Shown one piece after another: positions 11,602 through 24,055 of a stretch of 64,000 bases of DNA. The stretch lies in the NCBI RefSeq assembly GCF_009914755.1, contig NC_060946.1, one strand, 5' to 3'. Origin of the DNA: the human T2T-CHM13v2.0 reference genome, Homo sapiens. A program made the position numbers and the translations under genes. How positions within the stretch are numbered: the stretch's first letter is position 1; every line of letters starts with the position of its first letter. The notes beneath the pieces are model-generated. The model ran no database searches and had not been told where the DNA came from. It was given only the letters and a program-made list of their open reading frames with translations.

Positions 11602-14600
11602 CAGCAATAAGTCAGCCTCCTTCTTGTAAGCATAGCCCATGCAGAAAAGGAGAGTCGCATCACCTCGGTGCTGGATCCAGAGGTATGTCACAATTTATCC
11701 CATGCACAAAGTTAAGGTCATTGAGGAGAGTCATATTAAATAATTTCTGGGCCCAGGGATTTGTCACAACAGCTCCTGTGAGAAGAGATCAGGCAGCATA
11801 ATCACATAACCGGTGTGCTGGACACAGCGATAAGCCACCTTTCATCTGTGGGCATGACCCAGGCAAGAAAGAAGAGTCACGGCATTTAGGTGCTTGCTGC
11901 AGAGGTACGTAACAATCTCTCTTATGGGCAAAGCTCAGGTAAGAGAGAAGAGTCAAATCTCCAAGGTGATTCATGTAGAAATTTGTCACAAGAGACTTTT
12001 TAGGCAGGGCCCATGTTGGATCTTCTTATCTTCCAGAAGTTAGGTACAGGGATATGTCAGAATACCCAAAATACACAGGGCTCAGTCAATAAAGAAGAGC
12101 CACATCACCCAGGTGCTGGGTCTAGACATATGTCACATCTCTTTTATGGGGAAAGCTCAGGTAAAAAAGGAAGGTCATATCAAATAGTTGATAGACCCAG
12201 AGATATGTCACATTGCCTCCTGCTTGAAGTGTCTAGGCCAAAGACTCACATCACATTGGTGCTAGGCCTGTGTTCATATATAAACATTCAACCAGAGTTG
12301 AAATGGTGGCTCGTTTCTAAACCCAGCTTATAGGCAAGGGATGAGTCTCCTATCCTGACATAGTTAATTGTAATGATGTTGACTCTCATCCCTGGGCTTA
12401 ATGTTACAAGTATGATCATGGGTCCCTACCATTAGGAAGGTCTCAAAGTTGATTACGACTCTCATTCATACAGTATAGGGCCATTGGGTAGTACACAGAG
12501 CGTGCTAACTGGGCCGAGCACACAGGTGAGATTGTGACACTCATATGCATACCCAGGCAACAGTAACTATTGTCATCCTCTCACGGGAACACAAGTCAGT
12601 CTGCAGAGGAATTGAGGCTCTCATGCGCAAATCCAGTCTGGTGTTGAGATGGTTATTCGTGGGCTTAGACCCAACATACAGGAGGTGTTGAATGTCATGC
12701 CTACCACTGAGACAGCTGTGTGATTGTTAATCTAATTCCTGGACCATTCTGCAGCTTCCATTGTCAAATTTCCCAGTGCCTAGCACCTAAGTGACTTGAC
12801 GGGCTCGCATGGACCCAGCCCACAGATGGGATATTAACATATTGCTGGATCCAGCACATTGAGGATGTAACTCTATTCTCCTTCGTTGGCACTGCCCACA
12901 GTGAGCAGTTTGACATATCGCTAGACCTTACACCCAGGTGATGTGAGTCTCCTCTTCTGCCTTGGCGCTGCCCTCAGGAAGCGTTGTTATATATAGCTTG
13001 GCCTCGCATCCAGGTTATGTGACTCTCCGGCTTGTGCACTGCCCATATGGGACACTGTGTTAATATTGCTGGGTCCACTACTCAGGTGATGTAACCCAAC
13101 TGCCTGGGCCCTGCCTTACAGGGGCATTGTGACATATCTCTGTGCTCATCAGCCAGGTGATGTGATTCTCTTCTCCTGCCTGGTCCCTTTACACAGAAGG
13201 GATTGTGACACGTTGCTGGGCTTAGCACCAAGTTGATGTTGATGTGAATCTTCTGCCTGGATCGAGTTCACAGAAGGCATCGTGACATACCTCTGGGTAC
13301 ATCACCTATTTGATGAGACTCTCCTCTCTTACCTGAGCATTGCCCATAAGAGAGATTGTGACATATCCCTGGGTCTAGCACTGGGATGATGTGAATTCTC
13401 TCTGCCTGGGTCATGCCCACAGAAGGAAGTGTGACTTATAACTGGGAACAGCACAGGGGTGATGTGATTCTTCTGCCTGGTCCCTACGTACAGGAGTCAT
13501 TGTCAAATGCCTCTGGGCCCATCATCTAGACTATGTGACTCTCTACTTCTTCCTAGGGCCTGCTCACATAAGGATTGTGACATATTACATGCCCTACATC
13601 ATGTGACTTTTCTCTCATGTCTGGGCTCCGTCTTGGAGATGAATGTGACACATACCTAGGCCTGTTCCCTAGGTTCTGTAACTTCTCGTTTTTCAAAATC
13701 CTACCCACCAGGGGCATTGAAACATCTCTGTGGGCACTTCACTTAGGTAATGTTACCCTGTTGCCTGGAGCCTCCCCTCTGGGGGGTATGGTGACATATT
13801 GCTGGACACAGTACCTATGTGATATTCTCTCCTTTCTTGCCTGGGCCTTGTATACATTATGTATTCTAATATACGGCTGGGTTTAATGACTAGGTGATGC
13901 AACTCTTATGCATAGACCCTACCCGCAGGGACATTATGACATTTCTTTAGCTCTGACTCTCCTCTTTTTCCTTAGCCCTGCCAAAAAGGGAGGTGGTGAC
14001 ATATAACTGGACCTAGAAACCAGCTAATATGAGTCTCCTCTTTTGCCTGCACCCAGCATATTTTAGGTGTTGTATCATATCCTTTGTCTCAACACCTGCA
14101 GGATGAAAGGCTCCTGCCTGAGCCCAGCCATCTGTCAAAATTGTTTCTCCCACACGAACATGGACCATAATTGAGGTTCTGAAACTCACACCCAGAGGCA
14201 GTCAAAAGTTGGAAAATTGGCTCTTAAAAGTGGATATTGTCTGCCAGTGGGTTTGTGACTCCCTGACCAAGATCCAAAACACTTGTGAGGCTGTGAGTCC
14301 ACTAAGATAACTCCGTTTTCAAAAGGGATTAAGGCTCTCATGGAAAAAACCCATTCCTCCATTGAGATTGTGACTTATGCACATAGATACAACGTACAGG
14401 AGGCGTTCACTCTCATACCCAGAACCGGAACTTATGTGGGATTGTTAATCTCATCCATGGACCTTCCTGCAGGTGTGATTCTGACATACACCTCTAGCCA
14501 GCACCTGAGTGATTTGACATTTTTGCCTGGGTGTAGCCCACAGATGAGATTGTGATATATCTCTGAATCCAGCATCTAATTAATATGCTTCTATTCTCCT

Positions 14601-16352
14601 GTCTTGGCACTGCCCATAATGGGTATCCTGACCTAACACTGGTCCTGGCACTTTGTTATGTGACTCTGTCCTGTGCTTTGCCCACACGAGCCATTGTGAC
14701 ATATTGCTGGGTCCAACACCCAGGTGATGTAACTCTTGTCTAGACTTTGCCTACAGGGGGCATAGTGACATATCTCTACACTGACCACCCAGGTGATGGG
14801 ACTCACTTCTCCTGACTGCTACCTGTTTATAGCAGGGATTGTTACAAATCGTTGCGGGCAGACTCTAGGTAATGTGACTGTCTTTTTACAGAGCGCTACC
14901 CACAGGAGCCATTGCAAAATATCTGTGGGCCTCTCACTCTTTGCCTGGGCTCATTTCTCAGGGGTATTGTGACATATGGCTGACCTCAGCACCGAGGTGA
15001 ACTGAGTTTCTTCTACTGTAGGGCTCTGACCAAAGAGAGATTACAATGTATCACCGGGCCCAGCACCTGAGCTATTTGACTCTCCGCTCTTGGCTGCACC
15101 CTACATTTATTGTGTATTGTGATATATCACTGGGTCCAACACGTAGGTAATGTGACTCACCTGCATGGGCCATTTCCCCATGGGTACTATGAAGTATCTT
15201 TTTGTTCATCACTTAGGTGATGCAACTCTCCTCTTTGCCTTGGGCCCCACATAATTTAGCTATTGTGATATATCACTGGGCCAATCACCTAGTCAATAGG
15301 AAGCTTCTGCCAAGACCCTGACTACTGAGGGCCTTGTGACATAGCTCTGCATTTATCACCTAGAAAATATGATCCCCCCCCATTTCTGCCTGAACCCTGC
15401 TCACAAGAAAAATTGTAGCATACTTCTGGGCCCAGCAAACAGGTGATGTGTTTCACCTGCCTGTGCTTAGTTCACAGGGAAAATTGTGACATATCACTGG
15501 GCCCAGAACCCAGGTGAGGTGACTCTGCTGCATGTGTCGTGCTTTCAGGAGAGAACAAGAACATATCCCTGGCAGAACTCTTAGGGATGTGACTCTCTTG
15601 CCTTGTCCCTGTCCTCAGGGAAGACTGCAACATGTCCCTGACACAGACCCAGGTGATGAGACTCTCCTGCTTCTGACTACCCAAATGTGAGATTGTCACA
15701 TATATTTTGGCCTAGCATGTAGGTGTGATGATGACATTCATACCTTAAACCAACCAATAGCAGAGATTCTTTCTCTCACAGCCAGGCTTAACAAAACTTG
15801 CAAAATTATGGGTCTTCTCTTACTATGAAGGTCAGAGAAAGTAAGCACTCTTGCATATCCTATAAAGCACTCAGATGGTACAGTGTCATCACAGGGCCCA
15901 GAACACAGGTGAGATTGTGTTCTCTGTGTGCACACCCACCAATCATCAGAATTGTCATTCCTACACAGGAACAGAGGTGATTAGGGAGGTCTAAACCTCA
16001 TACCTGAATGCCGTCCACAGCTGGAATTGTAACTATCACATGTGAACATCCAGTCACAGTTGGGATAGTGACTTATTTCTGAACCCAGTTTACAGCCAAG
16101 TAAAGATCCTCTTATCTGGATCCAGCCAGCTGGAGAGATGTTGACTCTCATACCTGGACTTATGGCCACAGGTATGATCATAGGTTCATATCAGCATGAA
16201 GACCTCAGAGTGGATTATGTTTAATGCATACTCTACAAGTTCCACAGGAGGTACATAGTGTCCTAACAGGGCCCAGCAAACAGGTGAGATTCTAACACTC
16301 ATGCACACTCTGGTGACAATAAAAGTTACCATCCTCAAAAATGGGCACAACC

Positions 16353-16980
16353 GGCATGGCTCAGTGGCTCACGCCTGTAATCGCAGCACTTTGGGAAGCC
16401 GAGGCGGACAGATCATGAGATCAGGAGATCAAGACCATCCTGACCAACATGGTGAAACCACGTCTCTCTACTATTTATGATTATGATTATGATTATGATT
16501 ATGATTATGATTATTATTTTGAGACAGAATCTTGCTCTGTCACCCAGACTGGAGTGCAGTGGCACCATCTAGGCTTACTGCAACATCCGCCTCCCTGGTT
16601 CAAACAATTCTCTTGTTTCAGCTTCCCGAGTAGCAGGGACTACAGGCTCATGCCACCATTCCCAGCTAATTTTTGTATTTTTAGTGGAGACGGGGTTTCA
16701 CCATATTAATTAGGCTGGTCTCAAACTCCTGACCTCAGGTGATCCACCCACCTCGACCTCCCAAAGTGCTGGGATTACAGGCATGGGACACTGTGCCTGG
16801 CCACCCCATCTCTACTAAAAATACAAAAATTAGCTGAGCGTCGTGGCACGTACCTGGAATCCCAGCTACTCGGGAAGCTGAGGCAAGAGAGTTGCTTGAA
16901 CCCAGGAGGCAGAGGTTGCAGAGAGCCGAGATCGCCCCACTGCACTCCAGCCTGGCGATAGAGTGAGACTCCGTCTCAAG
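16353..16980 (+). mobile_element. AluS split by a nested antisense Alu (16474-16802)
   Basis: Left arm 16353-16473, antisense Alu with (TTATGA)n tail, then right arm 16803-16980. Duplicated target accacgtctctctacta/accccatctctacta. Confidence 0.93.
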
Positions 16981-16985
16981 GGACC

Positions 16986-16989
16986 AAAA

Positions 16990-17050
<61 letters not shown>

Positions 17051-17052
17051 AG

Positions 17053-17084
<32 letters not shown>

Positions 17085-17284
17085 AAGAAAGAAAGGAAGG
17101 AAGGAAGGAAGGAAGGAAGGAAGGAAAAGAAAGAAAGAGAAAGAAAGAAAGGAAAAGAAAGAATTAAAGAAGAAAGAAAGAGAAAGAAAGAAGAAAGAAA
17201 GAAGAAAGAAGGAAGGAAGAAAGAAAGAAAGAAAAAGAAAGAAAGAAAAAAGAAAGAAAGAAGAAAGAAGAAAGAAAGAAAGAA

Positions 17285-17336
<52 letters not shown>

Positions 17337-17340
17337 GAAA
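16986..17340 (+). repeat. (GAAA)n/(GGAA)n polypurine tract, ~350 bp, expanded from the Alu tail
   Basis: Almost purely A/G on the + strand. Confidence 0.97.
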
Positions 17341-20300
17341 ATTGACTCTCATATATGGATCTTGTCCACAGGTAGGTGGGTGACTCTCAAACCAAAATTC
17401 ATTACATCTGTGAGACTGTAACTCTCCTAAGGGGAGAAGTTCTTCTCAGCCAGAGAAGACTCATTTATGAATCCAGTTCACTGTTGAGATTGGGACTGTT
17501 GTACCTAGGCCAAACATACAAATTCTCATACCTGGAATCCGGACATGTGTGGAGTTGTTCATCTCATCCCTGTCGCTTTCTGCAGGTGGGATTGTGACAT
17601 ACATCTCTGCCCAGCTCCTGAGTGTTTTAGCTCTGTTTCCTGTGTCCAGCTCACAGATGGGATTCTGATATATCACTGAAGCCAGCACCTAGATGATGTG
17701 ACTCTTATCTCCTGCCTTGGTGCTGCCCACAGGGGACATTGGGACATATCACTTGGCCTTGCACCTAGGTAATGTATGTTTTCTGTCTTGCATTAGTGCT
17801 ACTCACAGGGGTGTTGTGATGTATTGCTGGGTCCCACATCCATGTTATGTGACTCTTCTGCCTGTGCCCAGTCCACAATGGCCATTTTGACATATTGTTG
17901 CATCCAAAACCTAGATGATTTACCTCTCCTTCTTGAGCTTTGCCTAAGGGGACATTGTGAAATATCTATGAGCCCATCACCCATGTGGTGTGATTTTCTT
18001 CTCCTGCCTAGTCCCTGCTTAAATAAAGGATTGTGACATATCACTGTTCCCAACACCTAGCTCATGTTACTCTTCTTTTGTTTTTTAGGATTTGTTTGGA
18101 AGGAGATTGTGATACATTGGTGGGTCCAACTTCTCGGTGACATTACTCTGTTGACTTTGCTCTGCAAGCAGAAAGCACTGTGACACATTATTGGGCCCAA
18201 CACCAAGGTGAGTCTCCTGCCTGAAGCCTGCCTACAGCAATTTGTAACATATGGCATTGGGACATATCTCTGAGCCCATCAACTATTTGACAAGATTCTC
18301 CTTTTTTAACAAAGGCTTTGCCCATAGGAGAGATTGTGACATAATTCTGAGCCCAGAAAATAGGGGATATTTCTTTTGTTTTCTGCTTGAGCCCCACATT
18401 GTGATGTATTTCTCCTCCCAACAACTGAGGGAAGGGAAAGTCCTGCCTGGGTCTTGCCTACAGGGAGCCTTGTGAAATCTTTCCGCGTTCATCACCTTAA
18501 ATATGTGACCCTCATCTTCTGCCGTGGCCATGTTTACAGAAGGGAGAGTGGGTTATTCCTAGACCCAGCACACAGGTCATGTGATTCTGCAACCTGGTGT
18601 CTCCAGAGGGGTCATTTTGACATATCTCTAGACTCATCAACTAGATAATGTAATGCTCCTCTTCCCCCTGAAACCTATCCATAGTGGAGATTGTGAAATA
18701 CAGCCTGGCACAGCACCTACATGATGGTACTCTCTTCTCATGCTTGGGTGCTGCCCACAGGGGTGATTGAAACTTATAGCTGGGTACAGTCTTCAGGTGA
18801 TGTAACTCTCCTCTATTTTTGGGCCCACACACACAGGGCACTACCATATAGCTCTGCTCCTCAGACCTAGGTGATGTGACTCTGCTGTCTGTTACCTCCT
18901 CTTAGGGGGAATTGTGATATATTGCTGGGCCCAGAACCGAGGTGATGTGGCCTTTTCTCTTGCCTGGGCCCTGCATACATGGTGTACAGTAACATATATC
19001 TGGGTTGAACACATAGGTGATGTGACTCTTCTGCATAGGTCTTGCCAACAGGGGTATTATGACATACTCTTCTATTCATTGCCTAGGCGATGTGACTCTC
19101 CACTCTTACCTGGGCCCTTCCAAAAGAGGGGATTGTGACATATCACTGACCCTAACACCAAGGTAATGTGACTGTTCTCTTTTGCCTGGGTTTGCATATT
19201 TTGGGTATTGTGACATATCCCTGGGCCCAACACTTAGGGAATAAGAGGTTTATTCCTCTACCTTACGTGCAGTGAAGCTTGTGACATATTTCTGCATTCA
19301 TCACCAAGAAGATGTGACTCTTCTGCCTGCATCCTGACCACAGAGAGGATTGTGAAATATTGCTAGATCCAGCATGCAGGTGATGTGTCTCTGCTGCCTG
19401 GTTCCTAATGTGAGGAGTGGATTGCAACATACCAATGCCTGAACATTCAGGTAATGTGACTGTTGCCTGGTCCCTGTCCTCAGGGAAGCGACATATCACT
19501 GGCCCAGCGTCCAACTGATTTTACTCTCCTGCTCTCTTCCTATATGCAGGTGTAATTGTGACATATATCTTGGAACACAACACACAGGTGCAATGATGAC
19601 ATTCATATGTCACACCAGCCAATAGAAGAGATACTGCTTCTCCTAGCTACACTTAGGGAAATGAAAAAAAACCCTGGGTCTCCTCGCTAAGATCATCCAC
19701 TCTCTCATATATTACAGAAAGCCCTCGGGTAGTAGAGAGTCTTATCACAGGGCCCAGCACACAGGTGAAATTTGTTACTCCTATGCGCACCCTGCACCCT
19801 CCTGACCATTATGATTTTCATCCTCACATATAAACAGAACCCACTGGTGAGGTCCTGAATTTCACACATGAATGCAGTTTATAGTTGGAATTGCGAATCT
19901 CATATGTAAAGATCTGGCCACAGTTGGAATGGGAACTTCGTTATAAACCCAGCGCATAGAAAGCTGATGATTCTCTTATCTGGACCCCGCCAATTGTAAA
20001 GATGTTGACTCATATATAGGCTTAGGGCCACAGGTTTGATCATGGGTCCATACCAGCATGAAAATCTCTGAAAGAATTGAGACTGTCATGCATACAACAT
20101 AAAGCCGTCAGGTGCAACACAGAAAGTCCTAATAGGGCTCAGCACACAGTAATATAATGACATTGGGATGCACACCCAGCCAACATTAAAGATTGTCGTT
20201 CTTTCACATGATCATAGTTCACTTTTGAGGCTCTGAATCCCATACCCAAAGGCAGATTGAAAAGTTGAAAAATTGACTCTCGTATTTGAGAGTCACAGAT

Positions 20301-23300
20301 GTGTTGATGACTCTCAGATCATGAGTCAGCACACCTAGGAAGCTGTGATTTCAATTAGGGGACAAAGTACGCAAGAGAAAATGGGGCTGCCATGCACAAA
20401 TTTAGTCCACTATTGAGATAGTGACTTGTGTACTTAGATCAAACATACAGAAGGTGTTCACTCTCATGCGTAAAACCAGAATATGTGCGGGATTCATCCC
20501 ATATCTGGACTTTCCTGCAGGTGTCATTGTGACAAGCATACACATTTGTCCAGCACCTGAGTGATTAGACTCTTCTGTTTAAGCCCAGCTCACAAATAAA
20601 ATTGGGACATATCATTGGACATAGAACATAGGTGATGTGGCTCTATTCTCTTGCCTTCGTGCTGCCCACAGGGAGCATTGTAACGTATCACTGAACTTAA
20701 CACCTAGGAGATTAGAGGCTCCTGCCTGAACTCTGTCCACAGTGAGCCTTGTAGCATATTTCTGCTTCCAACACCAGATGATGTGACTCTCCTTTCTGCC
20801 TGCACCTTGCCCACAGGAAAGATTCTGACATATCACTGGGCCCAGTAATCAGTAATCAGGTGATGTTTCTCTCCTGCTATGGCCTTGCCCACAGGGAGTG
20901 TGGTGACATATCACTGAGCTCAATATTCAGGTGATTTGACTCTGCTGCTTGTACTCTGATTTCAGGAGGGGATTGTAACATATCCCCTGTGAGCACACAA
21001 GTGATGGGACTCCCCTCCTAGCCTCTGACCTCAGAAAACATTGTTACATATCCCTGGCCCAGCCTTAGGTATGTGACTCTCCTACCTGTTCCCTGCCATC
21101 AGGGAAGATATTGACAGATCTCAGGCCAAGCATCCTGGTGACGTGACTCTCCTGCTCACTCCCTACCCACAGGAGAGATTGAAACATATATCTTGGCCAG
21201 CTCACAGGTGTAATAATGACTCTCATACCTCAAACCTGCCACTAAGAGAAATGCTGTTTTTCATAGGGAGGCTTTGGAAAACCGGTAGGTCTTAACTCTT
21301 CCTTTTGTATGAAGGTCTTAGAGGAATACAACTCTCTCATATTATATAAAGCTCTTAAATGGTACAAAGAGTGTTATCACAGGGATATGTTGCATAACCT
21401 AGGGGAGGGGCCCAGTTATATGTCACAATTAGCCCAGGGGGCAGGGCACAGGCATGAGAAGAATCTCACCACATATGTGCTGGCCTAAGTGATACATCAT
21501 CATCCCCACTGTGGACAGGTCGCAGTAAGAACAGGAGAGTCACATCATTCTAATAATGGTCTCAGAGATACATCACAATGACTCCCCTGGGCAGAAACAA
21601 GGGATAAGAGTCACATCACCTGTGGGCTAGGCCCAGAGATGTCACTCTTACTTCTGTGGGCATGTCTCAGGCTGGAGAGGAGAATCACATTACCTAAGCA
21701 CTGGATCAAGAAATACGTCACAATCTTTCTCATGGGCAAAGCCCAGGTAAGAGAATAGAACCATATCAAATAGTTCATGGGCTCAGAGATATGTCACTAT
21801 GCTCCCTGTGGGCAGGGTTCAGGTAGGACAATCACATTACCTTGGTGCTTGTTCAGCAATATATCCCAAAGCCTTCTGAGGGCAGAGCCAAGACAAAAGA
21901 GTAAAATCATTTTGGTGTTTTACAAATCGATATGTCACAATCTCCCCCGAGGGCAGAACCTGAAAAAAGGGAAGAGTCACATTAGCTAAATGCTGCGCCG
22001 GGTGATAAGTCACAATTCACCCTGTAGGCAGAGACTAGACAGAAGATAGAGTCACATCATCTAGTGGCTGGTGCAGAGATATGCCACCATGCCCTCTGTA
22101 GGCAGAGTTCAGACAGGAGAGTTATGTCACCTGTGTTTTGGACCCAGAAATATGTCACAAAAGCCCATGGACAGAGCACAGGAAAGACAGGCACATAACC
22201 TGAATATCAGCTTCAGTGGTATGTCCCAATGCCTCCTGTGAGCATTCCAAGGCAGGAGAGGAGACTCACATTACCTGTGTGCAAGACCCAGTGATACGTC
22301 ACACGGAGGAGTACCACTGTCATGCATATTGTGTAAACTATGGTAGAGAAATTGTCACCAAAGGGCTCAGCACACTGGTGAGATTATACTTCTCAGATTC
22401 ACACCACACCAATATTCAGGATGGTCTCTATCACACGTGGAGAGAGCCCACTCTTGAGGTCCTGAATTACACATGCAGACATAGTCCACAACTGGGATTC
22501 TGACTTTCATATGTGAACATCCAGCCACAGGTGGGATGGTGACTCATTTTTAAACGCAGCTCATAGGCAGTTAAGAACTCTTATTTGGACCCATCCAAGT
22601 AGAAAGATGTTGACTGTCATACCAGGGCTTAAAGCTAAAGGCACAAGGAGGGGTCCGTGCCTGCTTAAGGTTTCAGGGAGAATTGTTACATTCATGCATA
22701 CTCTATAAAGGCTTCATATGGTGAAGAGAGTGTCCTGACAGGGCCCAGAACAAAAGTAGATTGTGACACTCATATCTACTCTGAGCCAAGAGTAAAAATT
22801 GTCATCTTTTCACATGAACACAGCCCACTGTTGAGGTTCCAAATCTCACACCTGGAGGCGGTTGAGAGATGAATAATTGACTCTCATAAGTGGATGCGAT
22901 CCATGTTTGAGTCAGTGACTCTAAAACCAACATTCAGCAAACACGTGACGCTGTGACTCCATTAAGGGGCCACGGTCCTCGGGAAAGACTGAAGCTGCCA
23001 TGCACAGATCCAGTGCACCATTGAGACTGTGACTTCTACACTTAGACCCAACAAACACAATGTGTTTGCTCTCACACCTAGATATGGGACATGTGCAGGA
23101 TTGTCAGTCTCAGCCCTGGACTTTCCTGGAGGTATAACTGTGAAATATATCTCGGCCCAGCTCGTGAGTGACTTGACTCTTCTGCGTAGCCCAGCCCATG
23201 ATAAAATTGTGACATTATTGAACCCAGCACCTATGACCCCCCTCTTCTGCCTGGGTCCTGTCAAAAAGAGAGATTGTGACAAATCACTGGGACAAGCACC

Positions 23301-24055
23301 CACATGATGTGACTCTCCTCTTTTGCCTGGGCCCTGCATATTTTGTATATTGTGACATACTGCTGGGCATAATACCTAGGGAATTGATGGCTACTGCCTG
23401 AGCCCTGTTCACAGGGGGCCTTGTGACATCTCTCTGCTTTCACCACCTAGAAAATGTGTGTGCACCCTGCCTACGAAGAAGATTGTAGCAGATCACTTGT
23501 CTTAGCAACCAAGTGATGCGAGTCTCCTGTCCTGCCTTGGTGCTGCTCACAGGGGACATTATAACATATACTTGGTGCTGGCCCCATGTTTTGTAATTTT
23601 TCTGCCAGGGGTCTACCATATAAGCTATATTGCTGGGTCCAACACCCAGGTTATGCAGCTCTCCTTTCCGTGCTCTGCCTACAGGGGACATTGTGACTTA
23701 TCTCTGCACCCATCACTCAGGTGATGTGACTTGCTTCTGCTGACTGATTCCTGTTCAAGTGGACATTGTGACATATCAATGGGGGCACCATCTAGCTGAT
23801 GTAACTATTCTCTTCTGCCTAGGTTCTTCCTGCAGTGGAAATTGTGATGTATCACTGGGCTTAACACCAAAGTGACATTAATTTTTTGCCTTGGTTCTTC
23901 CCTCAGAAGACATTGTAATATATTGCTGGGCTCAGCACCAAAACGATGTGGATTTCCTGTCTGGACCCTGCATACAGGAGTCCCTGTGACATATCTCTTG
24001 ACTCATCAACTATTTGATGTGACTCTCCTCTGTTCCCTGAGCTTTGCCTATAGGA

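Larger units (their letters stand above)
11602..24055. repeat. Diverged compound beta-satellite (68-71-bp BSR-type monomers plus recurring cassettes), mixed orientation
   Basis: For example ~14717 cacccaggtgatgtaactcttgtctagactttgcctacagggggcatagtgacatatctct is the reverse complement of the Sau3A beta monomer. 'gtgacatatc' or 'gatatgtcac' recurs every ~70 bp. Confidence 0.9.

Noticed and set aside
16449-16709. ORF with YDYDYD repeat
   Set aside because: (TTATGA)n Alu tail plus antisense Alu sequence.
16963-17421. 152-aa K/E/R-rich ORF
   Set aside because: Translation of the (GAAA)n microsatellite.
11602-24055. Dozens of 60-125-aa Cys/His-rich ORFs suggesting zinc-binding proteins
   Set aside because: Translations of beta-satellite monomers (tgtcac/gtgaca); no C2H2 spacing.
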